A stretch of 61,442 nucleotides of DNA, counting the filler. It is 4 parts of 4 records of this genome, joined end to end, with 100 filler letters (N's around TTAATTAATTAA, not from the genome) between each part and the next. Parts side by side here need not be neighbours in the genome. Positions count along the whole stretch, not along the records: positions 41,887 to 52,417 come from DRR723986_20798; positions 52,518 to 61,442 come from DRR723986_20799; 2 more parts are not named here. One strand, given 5' to 3'. This document shows positions 49,844-59,551 of the stretch, piece by piece. A model generated the notes under the pieces. The model was not told the origin of the DNA. It did not search any database and saw only the letters and a list, made by a program, of their open reading frames with translations. A program made the translations under genes and the position numbers. Within the stretch, counting starts at the first letter, position 1. The number at the start of each line of letters is the position of its first letter.

Positions 49844-50339
49844 GTGCGTTCTCCATATTTTAAAAGTAGGCTAGGTTATTTCGACTATGCCTGCCAGTCC
49901 TTCGGTCAAGCTATCTTCAACACGCTGCATCTCAACATGAAACGTGAGCAATGACATCAAAATGCTGCGTACAACGTCAACCCACGTCTGCCGCTACACG
50001 TGCCTGCAAACAGCGAAAACCGACATACACAGGGCCCGTACAGCGTGTCTGTGACGCCATCAGCTCAAGTCGTCAGGCTTGGGTTCGTTAAACGGACGGG
50101 GCTTTCGGCGCTTATCACGCTTAGCTGGCATTTTTGGCTTTGTGGGCTTAGGGATAGGCAACTGCTTAGGCTGAGGGTTCTGCTTGCAACACACCTCACC
50201 CACCACTTCACTCACCAGCATCTTGCCCGCCTACAGATATAGGGTGATGCAAAATCACCAACCTGAAACGATAAGTACTTCACCGCAATTTTTCGCAGCG
50301 CAGAAATTTCGACCTGCAGAACCCATTTGGGACAGAACA

Positions 50340-50666
50340 TCACGCGGTCATCCTTGCAGGATCACGCCACACAGCTTCTGCATGACGTGCGATGGCTTGC
50401 TCGCACAGGCGCTGCAAACTTTCGAACTTCTCAGCCAACACGCGATGTTCGGCCACGCGGCTGTGTCTGAAACGGGTCGCGTAATGACCAAGCTTATGCG
50501 AGCAGATCGCCAGCGTTTCAACACTTGGCCCAGTACCGTGGTTACGCAGCGTCCGCATGTAGCCCTCGCTTCGCCCCAGCCAGGCGCGGCAAAACTCAGG
50601 CGTGTTTTGCACTGCACCACAGCCAATCAGCTCATCTCTCATGTGTTCCAACAGTTTTGTACTCAT
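50340..50666 (-). CDS. Small island-associated protein (DUF6626-like)
   Basis: GGAGA RBS; EFCRAWLGRSEGYMRTLR motif. Family recalled from memory. Confidence 0.65.
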   Translation of the reverse strand: MSTKLLEHMRDELIGCGAVQNTPEFCRAWLGRSEGYMRTLRNHGTGPSVETLAICSHKLGHYATRFRHSRVAEHRVLAEKFESLQRLCEQAIARHAEAVWRDPARMTA

Positions 50667-51012
50667 ATGATCTCCCTAAATATCAATTATTCACAGATAT
50701 TTAGCCGATCTTCGGTTGCAAAGCACATAGGTCCGAGCATAGCGTTGTGCTTAAGGAGGCGGGCGATGCTAACGTACTCGCAAAAGATGAAACTTTGTTC
50801 CACCTTTGTGCGATGGTCTGGCCTGCGCAGCACAGACCCGATCAAAGCCTTTGTGAGCACACAATCGCCCACGACCCGCAGCGAATTTACGAATGGAGGA
50901 TATAACCATGGCCAAATGCCGGCGACATCCACCTGTCACTACTACGAGAAATTATCCGTGCTGCGCTGACCCGCAGTTTTGGTTGCTCACCAGTGACGTA
51001 AGTTTTCTGTTA

Positions 51013-51115
51013 CCACAGCGTTGGCTGAACTGTGTTGTACCCAAAAACGTCGAACCACAGTGGGGCACACTATGTTCGCCCAAAACTCTCAGGACACTGT
51101 GTCCGCAACACAGTA
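51013..51115. repeat. Palindrome cluster 3 (ACAC-W-GTGT family)
   Basis: CCACAGCGTT, AACTGTGTT, CCACAGTGG, ACACTATGTTCG, GGACAC-T-GTGTCC 51092-51104, AACACAGT. Confidence 0.6.
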
Positions 51116-51125
51116 GAACTGAGAT

Positions 51126-52076
51126 CTAGCGAACGGCATCCAGGTCAAGCCCATGTTCGTGAGCCTGTTGTCTCAACTCATTCTCCGTTTCTTTGCCGCG
51201 CTCAATAGCAGTTTGCACCTGGCGCCAACGCCGTCCAGTCAGAGCATGGATTATAACACATTCAAATTCGCGTGCTTTTTTTACTTGAGCGGAGGCCGTC
51301 ACTGGAAAAACGCCCTTGCCCGCCCATTCAATTATCAATGTAGACTGCTTCATAGCTCTACTTGCTAATGATGCATTGGCCGAACGAGTTGCTGTGTCTT
51401 TATTGTCCGTTCTCGCCGATAGTCCCGCCAGTACTGCAATTTCAGCAAGTGGCAGGTCTGCGTTCTCTCGTCGTATGGACCAAACTCGATATGCTTTCTC
51501 TAAAGCGGTCAGTACTGGCTTGGTGAATACAGGAAACAAGGCTGTTACGTCGTACTTGCGCCGAGGACTATTATGCTGAGCTGATTTTGCCTGCCTGAGG
51601 AAATTGCGAACCTCCTCAATGCTTTTTTCGAAATCCTGATGAACAGGTATTTGAAGGTATATGCTTGGATCAGAAAGCACTGAGTAGGGCTTCGCACTTC
51701 GTGTATCTATTCCGTTTTCTATTTCATGAAATTCCAAGGCCCTTACGCCTTGATATGGGGGCTCACAAAACAAATGGCGGCCTCGCAAGACCCACCACTC
51801 CAAAAAACCGATCCCAGTTACGTCGCCAAACGCACGCCTTACAAGTAGCTCGACTGCTTCTGAATGCTCCATCATTTCCCAGTCATGATCCGTAGTATTG
51901 AGCTGGAACTCACGCATGAACAAAAACCAATAGTAGTAAACAGAGCATTGCCAAGGTTCAGCCCCCGCAAACGGTGGGTTGGGCAGCTTTTCCAATCCGC
52001 GTTGATTATGAAACGCCTGAGGTGGCGCATAGCGAAAATAGACATCGCCTGTATTGCGTAGTCGCTTTTGGTACAT
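51126..52076 (-). CDS. Hypothetical protein with possible C-terminal helix-turn-helix
   Basis: GGGGAG RBS; SVYYYWFLFM, FLEWW...HLFCEP; LPLAEIAVLAGL HTH-like segment. Confidence 0.7.
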   Translation of the reverse strand: MYQKRLRNTGDVYFRYAPPQAFHNQRGLEKLPNPPFAGAEPWQCSVYYYWFLFMREFQLNTTDHDWEMMEHSEAVELLVRRAFGDVTGIGFLEWWVLRGRHLFCEPPYQGVRALEFHEIENGIDTRSAKPYSVLSDPSIYLQIPVHQDFEKSIEEVRNFLRQAKSAQHNSPRRKYDVTALFPVFTKPVLTALEKAYRVWSIRRENADLPLAEIAVLAGLSARTDNKDTATRSANASLASRAMKQSTLIIEWAGKGVFPVTASAQVKKAREFECVIIHALTGRRWRQVQTAIERGKETENELRQQAHEHGLDLDAVR

Positions 52077-52217
52077 TCTTGGTCTCCCCAAAAACTTGCC
52101 TGATTGGCAACACTGACCCTGGGTAGATGTTGCCAAACGTTCTATCCAGCTAACCGTGAGATGTCTCCTGCATCGACGCAACACCGCGTCGGTGGTCAGA
52201 CAAAAGGAGATATTCAC

Positions 52218-52391
52218 ATGACCAACACTAAATCCAAAAACACCAAGTTCATACTCAGCAACATCGTCGATGAGCTGATCGCTCAGCGTTGCAAATGGGA
52301 AAACGGAACATACGCAGCCAGTAACGCTGAGCTCTACGCTCTGCTGGGCAACACGCTGGACCTGTTCCTCAAAGTTCGCAATGACGTATGA
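52218..52391 (+). pseudogene. Hypothetical gene truncated by an IS insertion
   Basis: Strong AAGGAG RBS; the stop TGA is the first triplet of the IS3-like end. Confidence 0.6.
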
Positions 52392-52417
52392 TGTGCCCCT
52401 AGTTTCCTAGACACCTG
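52389..52417. mobile_element. IS3-family terminal inverted repeat at contig end
   Basis: TGATGTGCCCCTAGTTTCCTAGACAC: 5'-TG terminus with IS3-like composition, and the assembly breaks here. Confidence 0.6.
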
Positions 52418-52517
52418 NNNNNNNNNNNNNNNNNNNNNNNNNNNNNNNNNNNNNNNNNNNNTTAATTAATTAANNNNNNNNNNNNNNNNNNNNNNNNNNN
52501 NNNNNNNNNNNNNNNNN
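52418..52517. other. Artificial contig linker
   Basis: N run with TTAATTAATTAA. Confidence 0.98.
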
Positions 52518-53329
52518 GTCAGAACAATGCGAACAAGTCTCAGGTTTCGCCTAAATCCGAGGCCTCGCCTGCAAGCAGCTGCCGCCACTCAGCCAGAGCA
52601 GCGGTTCGGTTCAGCTTGAAATTGGTCCGTGAGTAAAGGTGGCGCTCCTGATTGAAATGGTTGTGTATTGACGAATGAACGGCGACAAATTTTTGCAAAC
52701 TTCGCATCCGGCGGAACCGTTGCATCGCGCGCTCCCGTCGTCGAAACAGCAGATGAGAGTTCTCAGCCCTGTTGTTCTGCCAGCGGCCTGTTTCCTGCCG
52801 AGATGCATTGCCGATGACCTTCATCGCGGCACCATAAGATCGCAGTTTGTCGGTCACGATGAACTCTGGGTTTCCGTATCGTTTCATTGATTTCCTTAGG
52901 AATTTCAATGCTGCTTTCCGATTGCGGCGTTTGGTCACATAGCTTTCCAGCACTTCGCCTTCGTAGTCGACGGCCTGCCACAGATAATGCGTCTCGCCGT
53001 TGATCTTCACGAAAACCTCGTCCAGGTGCCATCGCCAGTTCGAGTGCGCCCGCATCCGGCTTGCTCGGTTGCGACGGATTTCAGCTGCAAACATCGGGCC
53101 AAATCTGTTCCACCAGAACCGCACAGTCTCGTGGCTGACGTCGATCCCCCGCTCATGCAGAAGATCCTCGACATTGCGCAACGAAAGCGGGAACCGCACG
53201 TACAGCATCACAGCCAGACGGATAATTTCGGGAGAGGTCTTGAAGTACCGGAAGGGGCTAGGTTTTGTCATCGATGAAGGCTAGCCACTCGCCCTGCCCG
53301 TCTCAAGCTGGTTTCTTCTGACAAGACCC
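52518..53329 (-). mobile_element. IS6-family insertion sequence
   Basis: One end reads GGGTCTTGTCAGAAG (reverse complement of 53315-53329). The contig starts with matching GTCAGAA (truncated opposite IR). Confidence 0.85.
52540..53271 (-). CDS. IS6-family DDE transposase
   Basis: RFPLSLRNVEDLL, WHLDEVFVKING, IVTDKLRSY, NNRAENSH. Confidence 0.93.
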   Translation of the reverse strand: MTKPSPFRYFKTSPEIIRLAVMLYVRFPLSLRNVEDLLHERGIDVSHETVRFWWNRFGPMFAAEIRRNRASRMRAHSNWRWHLDEVFVKINGETHYLWQAVDYEGEVLESYVTKRRNRKAALKFLRKSMKRYGNPEFIVTDKLRSYGAAMKVIGNASRQETGRWQNNRAENSHLLFRRRERAMQRFRRMRSLQKFVAVHSSIHNHFNQERHLYSRTNFKLNRTAALAEWRQLLAGEASDLGET

Positions 53330-53593
53330 GCTGGGGAGACATGACTGGAGCAAGTGGAGTGCGTGTTCGATTGGCGGCTGGCGTTCGGCCTCAAACGGGG
53401 CAGGCACGGTGCCTGTTTCGGATAGAGCGGACGTTCGTGCATTTTGCAGCAAATGCCTGGTGAGAGCCCTTAGCTACGGATGCTGCTGAACGCTCAGACG
53501 GCGGTACAAGGCGCATAGCGGTCATTCTCCTACGTTTCGGTCGAGACAGAGACTCCACAAAAAAAAGTAGCTGGAGCCCAAAAGAAGCGAAAG

Positions 53594-54853
53594 CTATTGA
53601 AGCAGCGCCAGGCTTAGCCATGGGAAGAAACTCACCGCGACCAGCACCAAGAGCATTATCCCGACAAAAGGCACAGCTGCGGCGGTGACATCAGAGAACT
53701 TCTCTTTGAAGGCCGTCATGGCCACCACCAAATTGAAGCCTACGGGTGGCGTCAAAAGGCCGATCTCCAGATTGATCACCATGATGATGCCGAAATGCAC
53801 AGGATCGATGTCATAGCTGCTGGCGATGGGCATCAAGATGGGTGCCATGATCAGAATTGCCGCGTTGATATCCATCAGGCAGCCGACAACCAGTAGCAGT
53901 AGGTTCACGCCCAGAATGAACAGGATTTTACTCTCGATATTTGTTGTCAGCCATTGCGCAAGGGACTGTGGCACCATTTCGGTGGTCAACAGAATGTTCA
54001 GGCTCATCGCAATGGCGATGATAGGGACAAGCGTGCCCAGCAGTTGCGACGTCTCAACCACCGTCGCGGCAAGTTTACGCAGCGTCATTTCACGGTAAAT
54101 GACAAATTCTACGAACATCGCATAGGCTAGTGCAACAGCTGCGGATTCAGTTGCTGTAAAATAGCCGGAATAGATGCCACCCAGCAAAATGACGGGCATC
54201 AGCAAAGACCATATGCCGTCCCGTATCGCCGCAAAAAAGGCGCGCGCATCGAATTTTGTTTTTGGCAGATGGCGATTTCTGATCAGCGAGTATGTCAACA
54301 GCACAGCTGTCAGCACGAGCCCTGGGATGAGGCCTGCGAGGAACAGGTCTGTGATCGACGTATCGGTAATGATCCCGTAGACGATCAGCGGAATGGACGG
54401 CGGGATGATTACGCCCAATGTGCCAGCGCTGGTAATGGCCCCGAGCGCATACTTCTTGTCGTACCCCTCGTTCAGCAAGGCAGGATAGAGGATAGAGCCA
54501 ACGGCCAGCAGCGTCACCATGCTCGACCCGGAGATCGCGGCAAAGAAGGCACAAGACAGGATAGAGGCCGCACCAAGTCCGCCGGGGAGTGCGCAGGTGG
54601 CGCGGCGCATCACATCCACCAGCCTGATCGCGATGGAACCTTTGGTCATCACAGAGCCGACAAGCATGAAGAGCGGAATGGAGAGGAACACCTCTTTGTT
54701 GACGGCGTTCCACATGTCTTCCAGCAGGTATTGGATCTGGCCGTCGCCATAGACCATGTGAATGTAGGCCGCGCTGAAAAACAAAATAGCGATCAGGTTC
54801 TGCCGCAACGCCAGCAGAAGAACGATCAACGCAAAGAGAAGGAGAGACATCAT
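53594..54853 (-). CDS. dctM: TRAP transporter large permease
   Basis: SIPLFML, FAAISGSS, GTLGVIIPPS, FTATESA, GLLTPPVG. Confidence 0.93.
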   Translation of the reverse strand: MMSLLLFALIVLLLALRQNLIAILFFSAAYIHMVYGDGQIQYLLEDMWNAVNKEVFLSIPLFMLVGSVMTKGSIAIRLVDVMRRATCALPGGLGAASILSCAFFAAISGSSMVTLLAVGSILYPALLNEGYDKKYALGAITSAGTLGVIIPPSIPLIVYGIITDTSITDLFLAGLIPGLVLTAVLLTYSLIRNRHLPKTKFDARAFFAAIRDGIWSLLMPVILLGGIYSGYFTATESAAVALAYAMFVEFVIYREMTLRKLAATVVETSQLLGTLVPIIAIAMSLNILLTTEMVPQSLAQWLTTNIESKILFILGVNLLLLVVGCLMDINAAILIMAPILMPIASSYDIDPVHFGIIMVINLEIGLLTPPVGFNLVVAMTAFKEKFSDVTAAAVPFVGIMLLVLVAVSFFPWLSLALLQ

Positions 54854-55341
54854 TGTTCGGCCACCTGTTCGGAAGGTTTAAGGTCTGGCCGCGCAAAGAA
54901 GACCACAAAGCGGATTGCTGCCGAGAAAAATCCGTAGGGCATGATCCATTGAACAGTCCAAAGCGGGATCAGAATAACCGGAACGGTTTCCTCCCATTCA
55001 TAATTTGCTTTCACCATCATGAAGGAAAAATAACCCATCGTTGCAAAGGCAATTGCGGACAGAAGATCCCCAATGCGCGCCACGACCGGTTGATATCTTT
55101 GCGGTGTCCATCCATCGGCAAATCGCGGCCGCAAATGCTGGTTCTGTGCCGTGGCTAACCCCAGCCCAAAATAGGCAGTGGCAATCACAAACAAAACAGC
55201 GGCGCGTTGAACGCCGTAGATTGAATAGTTGAAAAATTCACGTGCGAAGACATCGGAGATCATGGCAATCGCGACGACTGCGTAGCAAAGACCCGCAAGG
55301 CTGGCTTCTACCAAAAAGAACATGCGCATGAAGCGGGCCAT
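54850..55341 (-). CDS. dctQ: TRAP transporter small permease
   Basis: 163 aa, 4 TM helices, located between dctP and dctM. Confidence 0.85.
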   Translation of the reverse strand: MARFMRMFFLVEASLAGLCYAVVAIAMISDVFAREFFNYSIYGVQRAAVLFVIATAYFGLGLATAQNQHLRPRFADGWTPQRYQPVVARIGDLLSAIAFATMGYFSFMMVKANYEWEETVPVILIPLWTVQWIMPYGFFSAAIRFVVFFARPDLKPSEQVAEQ

Positions 55342-55396
55342 GATGTCTCCTGTAAAAGGTGGGCGGCAGGTTTACCGCCGCCCACAGAGAAGTGAT

Positions 55397-56401
55397 TTAC
55401 TTGCGACACTCCGCGACTGCTTTGGTCAGATCGGCCCAGAACGCTTCTGCGCCACCACCGATCTCGGACACCAGTTCAGCGTGCTTGGAACCACCAAGAT
55501 CACGCCAGACGGTCTTTTCTTCTTCCGTCAGTTCATAGACCTGACCGCCTGCTTTTTTGAATTCACCAACCAGATAAGCATCCATGCCCCGAACACCAGT
55601 GCGCAACCCGTTTTGATCCGGCAATGCCGCCATCAGCTTGGCCTGATCCTCAGCGCTCATCTTTTTCCAAGCGTCCAGGTTCATGACAATCATGCCGCTG
55701 TCATGGCTGTGGTTGGTCAATGTCAGATGCGGTGCAGCTTTGCCAAAACCCATCGCGACATACAGGATATTCTGCATGCTCCCCGCTTCAATCAGGCCCG
55801 TCTGCAATGCGGACGTCATCTCGGAAAACGGAATGTAAATACCGTTGATCCCCAAGGCATCGTAAAAATTCTTGGCGGCGGGGGAGACATTTACACGCAC
55901 CTTCATATCGCCAAGCTGATCAGGGCTTGTGATTTTTTCGGGTCCGAACATGTTGGCGAAGCCCAACTCGTTCCATTGTAGAAGCTTCAGGTTGCGGGCC
56001 TCAAAAAGCGGGTTCAGCGCATCGGTCAGGTGATTGTCATAGACGCAATCGACCTCTTCAATCGAGTTGAACAGATACGGCGCGGACAAAAGCGACACTT
56101 CGGGAACTTGCGTAGCCATGCCGGGGGTAGACACCGCGCCGATCGCGATCCGGCCACGGGTAACCTGCTTGAGCACGTCTACTTCGGTGCCCAGTTGCGA
56201 GCCATTGAAAAGGGCAACGTTGTATTCGCCGCCCGTGGCTTCTTTGAACGCTTCTGCAAAAGCTTCAGAATGCTTGACCCAAGGGGTGCCTGCAGGCGCA
56301 GAACTGGCCCAACGGAGCTCTGTTTCTGCCTGTGCAGCGACTGCCGTCACCGCAAGAACTGCACCTGCAATCCCGTTCATCAGTTTTGTCTTCAATTTCA
56401 T
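55397..56401 (-). CDS. dctP: TRAP transporter substrate-binding protein
   Basis: Signal peptide, SQLGTEVD, PYLF, DMKVRV, ALQTGLIE; GGAGG RBS. Confidence 0.9.
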   Translation of the reverse strand: MKLKTKLMNGIAGAVLAVTAVAAQAETELRWASSAPAGTPWVKHSEAFAEAFKEATGGEYNVALFNGSQLGTEVDVLKQVTRGRIAIGAVSTPGMATQVPEVSLLSAPYLFNSIEEVDCVYDNHLTDALNPLFEARNLKLLQWNELGFANMFGPEKITSPDQLGDMKVRVNVSPAAKNFYDALGINGIYIPFSEMTSALQTGLIEAGSMQNILYVAMGFGKAAPHLTLTNHSHDSGMIVMNLDAWKKMSAEDQAKLMAALPDQNGLRTGVRGMDAYLVGEFKKAGGQVYELTEEEKTVWRDLGGSKHAELVSEIGGGAEAFWADLTKAVAECRK

Positions 56402-56429
56402 TGTTATTTTCCTCCCTGGAATTTTTCGT

Positions 56430-58016
56430 TTAAGTGGCAGTGGTTGATTTTGGTGCCCAAGCGTGTTGATCCCATGCCGTTTTTCCCTGAACGGGCGGCA
56501 ACTCAGCAAGCTGGTGTTTGGCGACCTTGCGGGTGGCCGTTCTTGGAAAATCTGGCGTAAATTCGATGTATCTTGGCCGTTTGAAGGCGGCGAGGTGATC
56601 GCCACAATGGGCGGCGATGGACTTGGCAAGGTCTTCGGTACCGATGGCGCCTTCATTCAATATGATGAACGCCTTCACTTCTTCTTTGCGCAGAGGATCA
56701 GGGACGCCCACGACAGCGGCTTCCTGAACGGCCGGATGCTGCAAAATCGCGGCTTCCACTTCGCGCGCGGCAATGTTTTCGCCCGACCGCTTGATCATCT
56801 CTTTGAGGCGGCCTTTGATGTATAGAAAACCGTCCTCATCCATGCTGGCCAGATCACCAGTCCGAAACCATGTTCCCGCGTAGCTCTCTTTGGTCACGAC
56901 GGGGTTGTTGTAATACCCCAGCAGCATCTTCGGGGTCATGACCAACAGCTCCCCCGACTGTCCCGCTGGCACCTCGTTTCCATCGGCATCCACAATCCTG
57001 ATCTGGCATCCTTCCAACGGCCTGCCACAGCTCCCTGCGCGTTTGCTTACATCAAGATCGGTTGGTGATGCGGTCACGCCACCCACCTCGGTCATGCCAA
57101 AGGCATCGCGTCCGATCGGGCCAAATATGCGGCGCAGTTTTTCGATGTTGTGAGGACGCCAGGCAAAGGTGTTCACGAATTTCAGCGGCCAATCGTAGGT
57201 CTCGGTCTCCGACAAGGACTGAATGAATGGCTCTGGAAACGAGAAGTAGTTGACCTGAAACTGATCGAGCCACTCGGGAAGCTTTGACAAGCTCATTTTT
57301 TCGACGATATGGGCTGTCGCTCCTGCGTGCATCGACAAGAGCAGTTGCCACTGTGCATCCATGTAAAAGAACGGCGACCAGATGAGCGTGGAGCGTATCT
57401 CATGCGCGCCAAACTCGGCGCGCGCGCCCTCTCGGAAATGATCCCAATAGGCCTGTGTGAGCATGCAACCTTTCGGGCGGCCTGTTGTGCCGGATGTGTA
57501 TTGGATAGAGAATAGACCGCTGTCTTGCATCGGCTGCGGCGCTGCGTCTTCGCCATGCGTCAGTAGGTCTTGCCAGTTGGTATGGGACGCGGTTTTCTCA
57601 CCATGAGTGATGATCAAAGGCAGGTTTAATGCGCGGACATCATCGCTTTGCAAATGGTAGGCCAAGGACGCATCGAGGATCAGCGCCTCGGCGTCGGCAT
57701 TACTCAACGCAAACGCTAATTCCGACGAGACATACGCCGGGTTCAAGGGGGTCAGGACCGCCCCAAGCCGCGCCAACGCAAACCATGTGACCGTGCCTGC
57801 GAGGCAGCTTGGGAGCATCACAGCAACATGCGTGCCAGTCCCAACCCCAAGGCGCGCCAGACCTGTGGCGCAGGCACGGACTTTTTGTGCCAACGCGTCA
57901 TATGTCAGTCTTTCACCCGACAGCACCCAATGGGCGACTTCACGCGGTCCAAAACGTTCCACAGCGTCGTGCAGGAACAGATCAAGCGGGTTTGTGGGTT
58001 TGTGCATATTGATCAC
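56430..58016 (-). CDS. AMP-dependent CoA ligase (CaiC-like)
   Basis: QYTSGTTGRPKG, FGMTE, WFRTGD, IKRSGENI. Confidence 0.9.
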   Translation of the reverse strand: MINMHKPTNPLDLFLHDAVERFGPREVAHWVLSGERLTYDALAQKVRACATGLARLGVGTGTHVAVMLPSCLAGTVTWFALARLGAVLTPLNPAYVSSELAFALSNADAEALILDASLAYHLQSDDVRALNLPLIITHGEKTASHTNWQDLLTHGEDAAPQPMQDSGLFSIQYTSGTTGRPKGCMLTQAYWDHFREGARAEFGAHEIRSTLIWSPFFYMDAQWQLLLSMHAGATAHIVEKMSLSKLPEWLDQFQVNYFSFPEPFIQSLSETETYDWPLKFVNTFAWRPHNIEKLRRIFGPIGRDAFGMTEVGGVTASPTDLDVSKRAGSCGRPLEGCQIRIVDADGNEVPAGQSGELLVMTPKMLLGYYNNPVVTKESYAGTWFRTGDLASMDEDGFLYIKGRLKEMIKRSGENIAAREVEAAILQHPAVQEAAVVGVPDPLRKEEVKAFIILNEGAIGTEDLAKSIAAHCGDHLAAFKRPRYIEFTPDFPRTATRKVAKHQLAELPPVQGKTAWDQHAWAPKSTTAT

Positions 58017-58780
58017 TCGGACAGGGGTGGTTTTGCGTCAAAGCCAAGCCGCTGTAGGCGGTACATGTCCTCAACTACATCCAGCGCCATGTCGCGGTTT
58101 AAATGCCGTGTACGCTCATAGGCTTGCAGCTCAACTTGAAGCGCCAGCGCAGGGAAGCCCGCGATCCGCTCGGCAAGTTCGACTGCACGCGGCAGCAATT
58201 CTTCGGAGGCGACAACCTCATTCACAAGGCTGTTGCGAAGGGCGAACTCTGCGTCCATCAACTCGCCTGTCAGAACCATCTGCATAGCAGCGGTATAGGG
58301 GATTTGCTGCGCCATCTGGGATGCCCCTGCGGCCCCGCCCATGCCGTGGGTAATCTCTGGAAACCCGAATTTTGCCGCAGGCGTCGCGATGCGCAATTGC
58401 GTCATCATCAGCATATAAAGAAGCCCTTGGCCCACGCAAGCACCATGGACGGCAGCAATCAGCGGCTTGGTCTGTACCAGACGCAATGTTTCGCGTTCCC
58501 ATCCGGGATAAGTCTCAACGCTTTGATCTGCTGTTGCCCCGAAGTGGCGATTGATCATCTCGCTTTGAGAAAGGTCCGGACGAGGTGACTTGATATCGTC
58601 GCCCGCACAAAAGGCCCTGTCACCCGTGCTGCGCCAAATCCCGACCTTCAAAGACGGATCGCTGTAAAACGCCCGCAAGGTATCGTGAAATTGCTTGTGG
58701 ATGCTCGCGTCGAACACATTGACGGGGGGATTGTCCAAAACGATGTGTGCCACGGCACCTGTACGCTCAAGCCTGATCAA
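58013..58780 (-). CDS. Crotonase-superfamily (enoyl-CoA hydratase/isomerase) protein
   Basis: AFCAGDD, KPLIAAVHG, FGFPE; GGAGG RBS before TTG 58780. Confidence 0.88.
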   Translation of the reverse strand: MIRLERTGAVAHIVLDNPPVNVFDASIHKQFHDTLRAFYSDPSLKVGIWRSTGDRAFCAGDDIKSPRPDLSQSEMINRHFGATADQSVETYPGWERETLRLVQTKPLIAAVHGACVGQGLLYMLMMTQLRIATPAAKFGFPEITHGMGGAAGASQMAQQIPYTAAMQMVLTGELMDAEFALRNSLVNEVVASEELLPRAVELAERIAGFPALALQVELQAYERTRHLNRDMALDVVEDMYRLQRLGFDAKPPLSE

Positions 58781-58813
58781 AGTCTGTCCTCCCCCGTTCC
58801 TCAAGCCGTAGCA

Positions 58814-58841
58814 AATCAGAATTAGAATTTCAATCCTGTTT
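58814..58841. promoter_or_regulatory. Imperfect palindrome, candidate TetR operator in a divergent promoter
   Basis: AATCAGAATTAGAATTTCAATCCTGTTT matches its reverse complement at 20 of 28 positions. Confidence 0.45.
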
Positions 58842-58909
58842 TTATCACAAGTAATCTGGCATCCATAAATTTCAGCCGCTACAGTGAGGACAAGGCAAGG
58901 AGCGTTCGA

Positions 58910-59551
58910 ATGCAGGTTTCTACGAAATCACAAAAGCCACTTCAGAAACGAAGCCAGCAGAGTCGGCTGAAAATACTGAATGCTGCGGAGAAGCTGTTTG
59001 CCGAGAGCGGTTATAGAGCAACGAAGATTTCAGACATCATTTCAGCGTCAGGATGTTCTGCCGGATCGTTCTATCATCAGTTCAAGGACAAGCGTGAAGT
59101 CGCTGAGATCCTTTACAACCGCTATATCGCATTTATGGAGCAGACGATCGATCATTTGGTCGAAGATATTCAAGAGGATGAAGACATCCGTTCCATGTTC
59201 ACTCGTGTCCTGAACCTTGCTTTGGTCGCGCTGTCCAGCCATGTTGGCGCGCGCGCGGCAGTTGTCGATTTGTCCCACGAGGCACCGGAAATTGCTGAGC
59301 GCGGGTATCAGCTTACAAACCGCTTCCTGTCCCAGATGCGCGACAAGTTCGATGTATTTCACGGGCAGATCGGACATCCGGACCCGACAGTCGCGATTGA
59401 GAATGCACTACAGTTGAATCTCATCGTCTTGACCCAGCATACCTTGCGCCCGCGCAGGTATCTGCCAAAGGACAATGAAGCATTGATCGGCGTTCTTGTG
59501 GATGCGGCTTGCGGGATACTGAAGCTCTCCGAGCCCGGGGCGAACGCATGA
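58910..59551 (+). CDS. TetR/AcrR family regulator
   Basis: QKRSQQS, ILNAAEKLFAESGY, SAGSFYHQFKDK. Confidence 0.92.
   Translation: MQVSTKSQKPLQKRSQQSRLKILNAAEKLFAESGYRATKISDIISASGCSAGSFYHQFKDKREVAEILYNRYIAFMEQTIDHLVEDIQEDEDIRSMFTRVLNLALVALSSHVGARAAVVDLSHEAPEIAERGYQLTNRFLSQMRDKFDVFHGQIGHPDPTVAIENALQLNLIVLTQHTLRPRRYLPKDNEALIGVLVDAACGILKLSEPGANA

Noticed and set aside
50184-50969. 261-aa plus-strand ORF
   Set aside because: Overlaps the better-supported minus-strand gene 50340-50666 and has no recognisable features.
50908-51129. Short ORF after a GGAGGA RBS
   Set aside because: Runs through palindrome cluster 3 and its translation is not protein-like. It may be a remnant, but this is unsupported.
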